Assembly (NCBI GenBank): GCA_012800525.1
Contig: JAAZJD010000004.1
Coordinates: forward strand, 10,728 to 74,727
From: Clostridiales bacterium
Lineage (GTDB): Bacteria > Bacillota > Clostridia > Christensenellales > DTU072
Reading direction: 5' to 3'
Length of the DNA: 64,000 bases
The translations under genes and the position numbers were made by a program. Shown here in pieces: positions 1 to 11,800 of this stretch. Under the pieces are notes generated by a model, which had not been told where the DNA came from, ran no database searches, and saw nothing but the letters and a program-made list of their open reading frames with translations. Position 1 is the first letter of the stretch, and each line of letters begins with the position of its first letter.

Positions 1-799
1 CAAACTTTTCAATAATATATGAAACTCCATCATCATAACAAGAAGGGGCAATGAAATTAGCAACTTCTTTTGCTTCATTTGACGCATTGGCAACAGCTAC
101 CCCAAGACCTGCATATTTAATCATTGAAATATCGTTGCCACTATCCCCTATACATATAATCTCATCTCTTTCAATATTTAATTTTTTTGCAATATAATCT
201 ACAGCAATTCCTTTATTGACTTGCTTACTAATAACTTCAACAAATTTTGGACTAGAAGTATTTACTAAAACGAAATCAGAAAACTCTGAAAGTATTTCAT
301 TATAAATAAAAAAATTCTCGCTTGAAGGAGCTATAACCATAAATTTTAGTGGAGACAGGTTATTTGCTTTAATGTATGATGAAACTTTATTTTTTATTTC
401 CTTTGAATGACATTTCGTAAATAAATTATATTCTTTTGTATATTCCGTTTGTTGCTCTATTAAATATTCATCTAGTAAATACGTGTGATAATACCAGCCA
501 AAACTTTCCAAAAATTTTGATATTTCAAAAGCCAAAGAAGAATCTATAGTGGTCTTTTTAAAAATTTCACCTGTCTTATAGTCAGATATCATTGCACCTT
601 GAAAAGATATTAAATCATTAGAAACATTTAATTCTTTTGCATAAGGCAATATTGAAGAAGTCATTCTTCCTGTGGCAATAGTGAAAAATCCACCTTCTTT
701 TTGAAAATCATTTACAGCTTTTTTTAACCTTTTAGATATGCTAAGCCTTGAATCTGTAATGGTGCCGTCAAAGTCTGCAACTATTAATTTATATTTCAT
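1..799 (-). CDS. Cof-type HAD-IIB family phosphatase/hydrolase, partial (C-terminus lies left of the window)
   Basis: Absent from the ORF track because it is truncated. Hand translation from ATG (797-799) gives MKYKLIVADFDGTITDSRLSISKRLKKAVNDFQKEGGFFTIATGRM (HAD motif I DxDGT). In the same frame, nt ~100-170 give EIICIGDSGNDISMIKYAGLGVAVA (HAD motif IV GDxxND). Confidence 0.8.
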   Translation of the reverse strand, partial: MKYKLIVADFDGTITDSRLSISKRLKKAVNDFQKEGGFFTIATGRMTSSILPYAKELNVSNDLISFQGAMISDYKTGEIFKKTTIDSSLAFEISKFLESFGWYYHTYLLDEYLIEQQTEYTKEYNLFTKCHSKEIKNKVSSYIKANNLSPLKFMVIAPSSENFFIYNEILSEFSDFVLVNTSSPKFVEVISKQVNKGIAVDYIAKKLNIERDEIICIGDSGNDISMIKYAGLGVAVANASNEAKEVANFIAPSCYDDGVSYIIEKF

Positions 800-807
800 T
801 GTTTCTC

Positions 808-2616
808 CTATAGCTTATTTTCAAAAAATGATTTAATCTCTTTCGCTTTTTTCCTTCCAATACCTGGCACTTTCATCAGCTCATCAATTGTCGCCTTGCT
901 TATTGCTTCAATTGTTTTAAAATGCTTAAATAATGCCTTTGAATGAACTTCCCCTATACCTCTAATACCAGTCAAATTAGACGATAACATTTTTTTCATT
1001 TGAAGATTTGATTGATATTTGTTTGCAAATCTATGTGCTTCATCTCTAACTCTTTGGAGTAATTTTAAAGAATCACTGTCTTTATCTAAGTTTAACACTT
1101 TTTCATTGTTCCAAAGATATATATCTTCATTTTTTTCTGCTAAAGCAATAAATGGAATATTATGCTTTAAAATAACTGGTGAAACTGTTGACAAATGTCC
1201 TCTTCCACCATCAATTATTATTAAATCTGGTTTTTCTACAAAGCTAACATCATCAGACTCTAAAGATTCCATTCTTCTAGTTAAAACCTCAAACATTGAA
1301 GCATAATCATCAACACCTTTGACATTTTTAATTCTAAATTTCCTATAATGTTTTTTATTTGGTAATCCATTTAAAAAAACAACCATAGAGGCAACTTTAT
1401 CAGAAGCACCAAAATTTGATATATCGTAACATTCAATTCGTCTTGGATATGTAGGTAGTCCTAAATCCTCTTTTAAGCTTCTTAATGAAGATAACACTAA
1501 ATCTTCTATGTTTGAACTTCTTACTACTACTTTTGATAAATACTCTTTTGCATTGTTTAAAGCAAATAATAAAAGTTGTTTTTTTATTCCTGCCTTAGGA
1601 TATGATATTTTAACTTTATTTCCTCTAATCTCACTTAAATGATCTTGCAATTCATCTTTAAATTCAAAATCTGGATATATAATTATTTCCTTAACTAAAA
1701 TAGGATTAATTTCATAATATTGTGATATATAGCTAGATAAAACATCGCTATCTTCAAGCAAATTATATGTTTGTATATTTTGAATACCAATCAAACTTCC
1801 ATGTCTAACATTTAATACAGTTATTACACCATATTCTTTATCGACTAATCTAACAAAGACATCTACAGAAATCTTTTGAGCTACATCAACGACTTGTTCT
1901 CTTTCTAATTTATCAAGCATTTGCAACTTGTCTCTATATTCTATTGCAGTTTCAAAATCCTCTTGGTTGGAAAATATTTCAATTTTTCTTTTTAGCTCTT
2001 CTTTAACATATTTATCTTTTCCAGAAAGAAAACTTATTACATTTTTAACTATTAAGTCATAATCTGCTTTATTTATCGCCTTAACACATGGTGCTGAGCA
2101 TGTTCCAATAAAACTTTTTAAACAACCCCTAGCTTTTTTTAAGGGCAAAGGTCCTTTACAACCCCTTATTGGAAATATTGATTGAATAATATCTAATAAG
2201 CCTGATGCCGTAATTCCTCTCATATATGGGCCAAAATATAAACTTCCATCCTTTTTTACAACTCTAACTATTTCTATCCATGGAAAATCATCATTAATAT
2301 GAATTTTTAAATATGGATACGTCTTATCGTCTTTTAATAACACATTGTAAAATGGTTGATGCAATTTAATAAGAGAATTTTCAAGTACTAATGCTTCAAG
2401 CTCAGAATTAGTTAAAATATATTCAAAATCCGCTATTTCAGAAACAAGCAACATGGTTTTTTTATTTTTAGGTGCTAAAGAAAAATACTGATTAACCCTT
2501 GCTTTTAAATTTTTAGCTTTACCGATGTAAATTATCGTATTATGCCTATCTAGCATAATATATACACCACTACCTTTTGGTAATAATTTCAATTTTTTAT
2601 TAATTTTTTCATTCAT
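808..2616 (-). CDS. uvrC: excinuclease ABC subunit C (UvrC)
   Basis: 602 aa. N-terminal GIY-YIG module (GVYIMLD..IYIGKAKNLKARVNQYF), typical UvrC length, C-terminal helix-hairpin-helix pair (GIRGIGEV...VPGIGRKKAKEI). Confidence 0.95.
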   Translation of the reverse strand: MNEKINKKLKLLPKGSGVYIMLDRHNTIIYIGKAKNLKARVNQYFSLAPKNKKTMLLVSEIADFEYILTNSELEALVLENSLIKLHQPFYNVLLKDDKTYPYLKIHINDDFPWIEIVRVVKKDGSLYFGPYMRGITASGLLDIIQSIFPIRGCKGPLPLKKARGCLKSFIGTCSAPCVKAINKADYDLIVKNVISFLSGKDKYVKEELKRKIEIFSNQEDFETAIEYRDKLQMLDKLEREQVVDVAQKISVDVFVRLVDKEYGVITVLNVRHGSLIGIQNIQTYNLLEDSDVLSSYISQYYEINPILVKEIIIYPDFEFKDELQDHLSEIRGNKVKISYPKAGIKKQLLLFALNNAKEYLSKVVVRSSNIEDLVLSSLRSLKEDLGLPTYPRRIECYDISNFGASDKVASMVVFLNGLPNKKHYRKFRIKNVKGVDDYASMFEVLTRRMESLESDDVSFVEKPDLIIIDGGRGHLSTVSPVILKHNIPFIALAEKNEDIYLWNNEKVLNLDKDSDSLKLLQRVRDEAHRFANKYQSNLQMKKMLSSNLTGIRGIGEVHSKALFKHFKTIEAISKATIDELMKVPGIGRKKAKEIKSFFENKL

Positions 2617-2695
2617 TTACAAATAATATTCAATAATTTATTGATACTTATAATATCTTATGTTATTATACAAAAAGCGACATTTTCATACTCAT

Positions 2696-2770
2696 GCCCT
2701 CATGGTCAAGTGGTCAAGACACTAGCCTCTCACGCTGGAATCAGGGGTTCGACTCCCCTTGGGGGTGCCA
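2696..2770 (+). tRNA. tRNA-Glu (anticodon CUC)
   Basis: 75-nt cloverleaf folded by hand. Acceptor GCCCTCA/TGGGGGT (two G-U pairs); D-arm GGTCAAGTGGTCAAGAC as in Firmicute tRNA-Glu; anticodon stem CTAGC/GCTGG with loop CT-CTC-AC; T-arm AGGGG-TTCGACT-CCCCT; discriminator G; encoded CCA. Confidence 0.9.
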
Positions 2771-2771
2771 C

Positions 2772-2798
2772 AAAACACCTTAACGGTGTTTTTTTATT
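2772..2798 (+). terminator. rho-independent terminator after tRNA-Glu, possibly shared with the convergent giant gene
   Basis: Perfect 8-bp stem AAAACACC (2772-2779) / GGTGTTTT (2785-2792), 5-nt loop, running into a T7 tract. Lies between the tRNA 3' end and the stop of the 4073-aa ORF. Confidence 0.75.
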
Positions 2799-2837
2799 CA
2801 AAATTTTTTATTAATATCAAAAAACACCAACAAAAAG

Positions 2838-5800
2838 TTATGGCAATTCGTTGAGCGGCATATTGGATAAAGTATATCCAACAAAATCAAAGTTTCGTTG
2901 TCTATACATTCCAAAATCTGAAACAGTCGCGACCAAGCCATCAAATGTCATTTTCATTACGTAACAAGAAGCATTAGAATATGCATATTTCTCAATCCAT
3001 GAAGATTGCTCTACTCCTTTATCTGGCATATAGAAAGTATGTTTATCGCCGTTTATTTCAAAATATACAGGAACGCAATCAACTGGACCTGAACTAACAT
3101 TAACAAGACCAATAGGCAATAATCCAGAATCAACTGTAGTTTGCTCACCTATTGATATTTTAATAGCATATTCGGTATTTTTTGATAGACTTATTGCTTC
3201 TGACTGCACAACAGAATTGGAAGACTCTCCTTTATAAGTAAAATCAAGGCTTGAATTAGATATTTCAAAAGTTAAATTATGCTCATTTACAGGACTAAAT
3301 ATACTAATTATTGATTTAGCAGATGCTCCAGCATTATCGTATTTATATTTTAGGTTCGCATAACCTGATTCTAGTATATTTCTTTCTGGTATTTGTCTAA
3401 ATTCTTCTATTTCTTGTGGTGTAACTGAAGCATCAAATTCTGTCTCTTCTAAGGCATTAATAAAATTTAAACCATGCTTAATTAATCTATCTTGATTAAG
3501 ATCATGTGTATAATTAAATGCTACATCTTTAATAATTGCTCTACCAAAAACAAGTTTTGTTTCAAATTTATTGCCCATCAAGGACATTTTGTTAATATCT
3601 AGTGGTGATTTATAAATTAAACTACCATCTTCATATAACAATATACTTGTGCCAGTCGTATCTTTTAGTAAAGATATACGATAATCCTTGTTTGCCGCAA
3701 ATGTCACGCCGTGAATTAATGTTAGATTACCTAGACCTTCTTCATAATATATACCAGGATTTTCTAATTGGTTTGTTATCAATATCGATCTATTCGCACT
3801 ACTATTGTAAAATAGTCTCATTGCAACTTTTGTAAGCTCTTTGACAACTTGGAAACCTCCATCATATTCGCCCGGAGTTCCACTATCACTATCAAGCAAC
3901 TCTCTTGACCCATCTGCACTTATTAAGTTCAATGTTTCAAACAATTTAAATGTCATTGATACACTTTTAATATTAGTATCAAAAGGTTCAAACTTAAACA
4001 ATCTTCCTGTATCTTGACCTGGAGCTTCATTATAACCGTAAGGATCTGCATAAATATCACCACGCATTGGTTCTATAACATTAAATGCAGGTGTGACAAA
4101 CTCAGGCTTGCCATTTATTAAGACTTTAGTTCCTTCTATATCTTCTGGATTATCATAATAATAGATTAATGGTGTATATCCATTTTCTCCATTTTGTCCA
4201 ATTAAGAAATTCATGAAATTATCATATCTGCCATCTAGCATTGTTTGACTTTTTCCTAGTGTCGTATCACCATCAAAATAAAATGAATTGGCTCCTATTG
4301 TAATTGATTCTGTAGAACCTAAATCCTTTGTATAAATTACTCTATAATCTGCAAATTTATACATTTCTGGATAAGTTGCTGGATAATAGTAAGCATATGT
4401 AATTAATCTATCAATTAAATCGTCTTGATAATAAGCATATACTTCTAGCTTATTAGAGCCTAATAGTAAATCAAATGCTGTTAACCCACTTGATTGCTCT
4501 ATTCCATTTAAATAATATTTGAGAACAACATCTTGTGAAATTAACCCTAAATCAATTACATTTGCATATGGCATGCTAACATTTTTGGTGACATATTTAA
4601 AATTAGAAGAAAGAATTAATTTAGAGCCACTGACTTCATAAAATCCTTGATTTGCAGAGGACATTCTTCTAATGTCAATATCTAAGTTTGCGCTCAAAAC
4701 ACCAATCTTTACAGGCCCCGGATATGCTACTTGTGGCTCAATAGACTCTAAAATATTGAAGATAACCTCACCGCTTGCACCTATACCTTGATATGCCAAG
4801 CTATTCAAACTTATTACACTTGAATGACTATTATCAATATCAACGTATATCATCATATTAGCTTTATCATGGAAGAAATTAAATGTATGTAAATAACCAT
4901 CAAAAATAGTAGGAGCATCAACAGGACTAGATGAAAAAGCTTCTACTATTTCAATTTGGCCATTGCTAACCTCATAATAAACTAAAAATTCTAGACTAAA
5001 TGCTTGAATACCGTTATCTAAATAATACTTAGAAGTAGAATTTAGATTTGAGTTTGAGTTCATTCTAAACATCAAAACCGAGTGTTTTTCTGTTCTTTGA
5101 TATTCAGGATATTGAACGCTATCACCACTTGCTCCAGTACTAGTATGACTTAATACAAAAGCTAGACTAGTCGATGTTTTGTATTCATCAATTTTCTTAG
5201 CTCTAAATGAAATGCTTAGTTTGTCATACACTTTCATAATTGCCAAGCTATTTACAAAATCATAAGCTTCATTATATGTATCATAACTTGAGTTAAGACC
5301 TTCATATGCATGTTCTAATCTTTCAAATCCATATGGGACGTCAGAGTTTACATATTCTTTTAACTCCATATCTTGCATGGTTAGACTTTGTTGCTCTTTA
5401 AATATTAATGGCAAAGATTTTTGTTTCTCAAATTTATTTGCTAAGTGCTCTTGCCTCTTATTTGATGCAACAGTTACAGGATTACCTTCAGTAGTTGATG
5501 TAACTTTAAAATAATCTGCATAATCTGCAGTTGATACTAAATTTACACCATCATCAAAATGCTCTGCAGAAGTATATTTTAATAAAACGGAATACATTGT
5601 ATTTAAGGCATTAGGCGAAGGCGAGCTTTGAATAGTTATAAGATTGTTTGGATATGGTTTGTTACCTAAATTAAATGTATAATCTTCACTTATATTATAA
5701 TTTTCAAATCCATTTGATAAGTATTGATTATAAGTTTGCTGAGAAACTGAAGTATCAAATACATAGAATGGGAAGCGATTACCTGTTTGCCAATCTGAAT

Positions 5801-8800
5801 AATTTGTATTATAAAATATATTTTTCTTTGATGGAACAATATCTATAACTTGATATACATATTTTACTTCAGCATCAGAAAACTCTACAACTTGATTGTC
5901 TACCGTATAATTACTTGTCGGTGAAAAATTAGAAACAGTAACTCTCCATCCTGTAGCAATTTTAGCAACTGTTATTTTATGATTAAATAATGTTTCCTTT
6001 TTATTAACTTCACGAATTGTTTTTCTTGTATCACTTCCAACAGCTACATCAGGTGGATTGCTCCCAACATATGGCACTATATTAAGATTAAATTCTCCTC
6101 TATGTAAAACATCTGAAATTGATGAATGTAGTTGTTCTTGATATGCAGCTTGAGAGCCATCTTTAAACCTAAAGTCCATAGGACCATATGTTCCACCAAT
6201 AATTTTATATGATTCATATTCTAGTTTTTCTGATCCTGGTGTTTCATTATACAATGCAACAGTTTCTGACAAATATGGATATATCATCATATTTGAAAAG
6301 GTACAAGTACCACTTAATGGCGAATATGTATAAAATTTAAATGCTGTTTTAAGTTTATCTGGATCAATTTCAATTTGTACTTGCTTTTTATTGGTAACAA
6401 GCGTGCTACCTTCTACAACTATTGCTGTATAGTTTTCTAGTACATTATGAGAAACTAGAGCATCCCAAGTCATATCAGATATACTAATCACTTTAGGTAT
6501 AGTAGATGCTACTGAATACAAATTAAATTTAGGTGCATTTGCTTCTCCTGGTTGTAAGTCCACACTCGGATTAAGTGTTTCTATATCCCATGATGCAAAT
6601 CCTTCATATGTAATTTTATAATTGTTGTTATTTGAGCCTGCATGTCCAAGAGGATTGTCGAAAGTCCCATACTCAACAACCATATTTTGTTTATCACTCA
6701 TGTCAGTAATAGTTAAGTATATTTCTTTAGGGGTTATTTGAACACTATATCCACTAATATCAAAGCTAAATTTATAATTTTTGGTAACAATTTCTGATCC
6801 CTCATACATATTTGTCAAATATAATTTATAATCAGATAAATCAACTGATACCTTTGTGTGCAAATCTGTTAACTCTGGATTAGTTGTTTGATTCAAATCA
6901 ATGAAAATGTTGCTAGACTCAGAAATCAATCCAATTGGAGTTAAATCCCCTGTTACGTTATCTAATTTATTCAACATCAAATCAGCAGAAACCCCTAGTG
7001 GAAGGCTTGGGAAATGGAATGTGAATTTAAATGTTTCTGAATATTTTCTTGAAATATTATTGCCAGCTTGAACCTCTAAATTAGCTGTTGCTCTTGAGAT
7101 CCTTAGTAACCCAGAAAGTATTCTGACTTCATAGTTTGTTGAAAAATAATTCTCTGCACAAATTATATAATCGTCACTATCAAGGTTTGATAAACCAAGT
7201 TTATCATTATAAATACCTTCTTCATATTCTGATTCTAAATATAAGTGGTGAACAGCAGAACTAGTATTAATTACTGAATTAGTGTAACTAGATCCTATTT
7301 TATCACCAAAATATGGCCTTCCAAAAAACTCAAGTAATTGAGCATCACTAGGAGTCTCAGGGGTCCCATAATATGCTTTATAAAAATCAATAGCTGTTGT
7401 CTTATCTACTTCTTCGAAAATATCTAAAAGTCTATATGAATTAATTGTACTTGTAGCAATAGTTGTTCCATAAATAAGATCGCCTTCAATTCCTACATCA
7501 AGCATTACTACAGTTATCTTATTTTTAACGATTCTAAATTTAGGATTTGTAGTTTCAGGATGCAAGCTAATTAAATAGCTACCCAAATTATCTACTATCA
7601 TTTGGTCTATTGAAATATTGTAAGTCCCACAGTTTCTATTAAAATTCAAAACACTAGGATGCCCAATTAATGAAACACCAGATGTTATTAAACTTCCTTT
7701 TGAATCAAATATTTGATAAATAACATTTATTTGAGCTTCTTCTTGAATTTCTCCATATTTCTTTTCAATGTCTTGAACTTTTAAAAGTAAATGTCTTTTA
7801 ATAATAGTTACAAATGAATTTTGCTCCCATATGTATACTGTGTTATATCCATGACTTTCAAACTCAAAATTGAGAATTTGATTAACAACAAAATCTCCCT
7901 CTGGCCAATCTGCTTCATTAAATGTGAATGAAATATAGTTGTTTTCTTGATCCATTGTTGAACTCAATATATTAACAAAACTCAACAACTCGTCAAACTT
8001 TTGTTTCATTGCAGTGTAGCCTGAATTATAAATTGCAGATATTTCATCAATTCTAGATGCTAAAGTATCTAAATTATTAAACAATAAGCCTGAAATATCT
8101 CCGAAATCAGAAGCATACTTAATAGCTGTTTTATCGCTATTAAGCATTTCATCAATTGCTGTTTTAAAAATGTTTATTCCATTTTCTAAAGCCTCTTTTG
8201 AGCTTTGCATATTCAAAGCAAAAAAGGCACTTCTTACTCTTGAAACTCCATTCGTTAAAAAACTTAACTTTTCAACATGATCAGTTTTGCTGGTCTCTCC
8301 TACAAAATTGCGAATTTTGGGTGGATTAGTTTCGTTAAAAATAAAATCGGTTTCCAATAAAAATGGCAATTCGGGCTCATCAAGCATCAATTCTCTTTTT
8401 AACGGATCATATATATTTGTTTTATTTAATCTAATAATGGAAGTTGTTGGTAATATTGTAAATACATAATCTTGATGCAAATTAATAGAATAATTTGGAT
8501 TTAAGCTGCTAGCTGCAACTTGATATCTTCCTGAATCACTATTTGCTCTATTATCATTTGCTTCTCTAGTGAATGAAAAATGAATATTTTCATTATTTAA
8601 AACTTCACCTTGTACAGCTCCAGTGATATTAAACTCTCTAATGAAAGGAGTCATACCATTATAAGATTGTTGCAAATTATTACTTGATATTTGTAAAACA
8701 ACAACTTTTGGTATTATTTGATATTCATAGTCTTGATAATATAGTTCATAAATGTAATTTGGATTATTAGAATTTTGAATTATTCCAATATCATAACTTA

Positions 8801-11800
8801 AAATATCACCATTCAAATCAATTAAAACATTTCTAGGAGGCTCACTTTCTCCAATTATGCCAAGGCTCAACGTTGGCCTTAGGCTAGGTGCGACATAAGG
8901 AATTACATCATAATCTTGTGGCATTATTTCAATTGGTCTTCCGTTATATTCTCTAGATACCAAGTGCGTCTCGACATTTGCATTTTTGAGTTTGACAAAT
9001 AAAGTTTTAGCAACAATTTGAATATGGTATGTTTCTATCGGCTCTATTAGCTTGTAGTTATTATTTGACAATGTAGAAATAGGAGTAAGTGTATATGCAC
9101 CAATATCAGTTATTGTGCTACCTAAAATTTGTTCTCCATTAACTGTCGCTGTTAATTGAACACTTACAACATCAAGCTTTGGCTGACCGCCTTCCAAAAT
9201 TGGCTCGCCATTTTCATCGTAAACCATAGCTAATTGCTCAGGTTTAACTGAAAAATGCAATGTATAGCCACCTGTTGCATACTCAAGACTAGAGTTGTTT
9301 TCAACAAGATTTTCACCATTTAGTAATTGAACTTCTACTGCCCTTTGATTTATTTTATAAGAAACTGCTGTATCCCTCAAAAATATTTGATAATTAGGAT
9401 CAAAAGAGCTTACTTCTATATCATAAGACCCTACATTTTTACTTTTTTGCCTTAATAAAAGACTAACCTTGTTTTTGTCAAAATCATTTTCTTCTATGTA
9501 ATTATTGTTTGAGTCTTTAGAATACAAATTCATGCTAGATTTGGAGATCGACCCCTCTAATCCATCATACTCTTTACTCAATTCGCTTGAAAATCCAACA
9601 TATATCTTTTTAGTTTCAATTGTTAAAACTGAATCTACGTTTGTTGTTGCGTTTTTCCCTAAAATTAAATGATAGTTTGAATTATTTTGTGCGAGTGTCC
9701 CAAGCAGTATTTTATATCTACCAACACCTTCCCCTGCAGCCCTTGCAAGTTTGCCTTCACCTAAAAGATTATCTATAGGAAGCAACCCACTTTGACTTTC
9801 ACCATCAACTGGTTTTGTTTCAAAAGCAAAATCAGGATCATTGTCACCAAAAGTTTTAGTTGTATCTAGAGGCACAATTAGAACACTTCGCTTGGTTGTT
9901 TTAACTTCTCCCTTTACAAATTGAACATCATATAATTCAAACTTTTCTCCTTGTTGATCTATAGATAAATATATTGCAACTGAGCCTACTTGAAGATTTG
10001 ATGTTATTCCTGGTATTAAAGTCTCTTGATATGTTAAAGGACTAATTTGATAATATGAATACTTTAATGTACCAATATCACTAAGTGTTTCCCTTTGATT
10101 GCCTGAAATAGGTGCAAATGCATCTTCTTCTGTAGTATCTCCAGCTGCTTGTTTTGTAAAAATCAAATTAAGATTAGAACTTTGCCATGAACTACCATAA
10201 ACTCTCACTTGTGATTTAACTTTTATATATATTGTTCTTTTTAGATACTTTACCAAAACTTCATCTCCAGTGCCCATAGCATGGTTTTTCAAAATAATTT
10301 CATAATTTCTATTTGCGTTATTGGTTAAAGTACCATTGGTAATTTGTGTATAACCAATGACATTGTCAGGATCATCTGCAGCCTTTTCTGATAACTGAGA
10401 TAAAATATCTTCTTCTAAATTTAATTTTGCCCCTAAACGCCCATCTAGCACATCGCCGTATAATAAACCTGTGTCGTCAACAAGAACGCCTGCATCTGCT
10501 GCTTCTTGTTCTGATAATTTAGAAGTATCATATTCAATTGATGGCCTAGGTTGTCCGTGTTGCCATGTTGGCAAGACCCCAGACATAATTTTGGGATAAA
10601 CATTTACTTTTCTTCTAATGACATTAAAACTGCTTTGAATATATATGAGGTTATAATTAGGATTTTCTAATACAGGATTGATTGTCACAGTATAATTAGC
10701 AACAGCCTCATTAAATGCTAAAGCTCTCTTAGGACCCTGTGGCGTTGCATATGTTATGTCAAAACAATCATATGTATCAGAATCATCTAACACACCACCA
10801 TTTTTATTTGCAATTTGAACTAAAGTTTTGTCAATTTGCACATTGGTTCCTGTAAATCCTAATGCTCTAAAACCTAAAGCTCTATCTTGTTCTGCAAACA
10901 CTTCCATTGGATTATCTAAAATGCTGGCAGTTGGTGAAGTCCTTAACTCGATTAACATTCCTTGGGGTGTTGAATCACCATAAATTTGCGACTTAGCAGC
11001 AACTTTTATATATATTTCCCTTTGTAAAATCACTAAATCTTTTATATCTGTTCTATTCCTATAGTCATATATGAAACTATTGTGGACTGCATCACCAAAG
11101 GAGCGTACAACAATTTTATATGTTCCAACATTTGCTGGAAACTTTGTGTATTCTCTAAGCGCGATGCATTGAGTAGATGGAGAATGTAGTAAATTATTTT
11201 CAGTTAACTCTTTATCAAATAGAGTTTGATAAACTAAATCTGTAGAAACAAATATGTGAGATGGAATATAAAACACATAATAAAACCCGCTCTCAACATT
11301 TCCACTGTGCAAAGATCCTTTCGTTAGCGTAGTATCTGCAGGAGAAGAATTATCTTCCAATCCGTCTGCTGTTAACACAGCACTATATCCAGTTACACTA
11401 AATGTAGGCTCGCTTGCTTCACCATATATGAAACTGTTTTTGCCTGAAGGATATGGTATAGTAATTCCAAATAAAGCAGTTTTCTTATTGTACACAACGA
11501 CGTTATAAGAGTAAGTTGCTACACCATAAGTTGAAGTGTATACTAACTTAATTGTTTGAGTTTTGGGAGCTCCATCAAAATCTGAAGAATCAAATGACGA
11601 GTAATCTATAACAAGTGATCCTTCTTGAACAAGCTCATAAACTGTTGGGAAAACTATAATATCTTCCCCTTCTTCATGATGCACAATGCCATTTGTTTGT
11701 CCATTTGTGTAATTCACTTGAAGTGTTGGATAAACACTTGGATTATCTGCACTTACATAACTAAATGGTTCGCCTTCAACAAAAGCATTTTTAAATAAAC

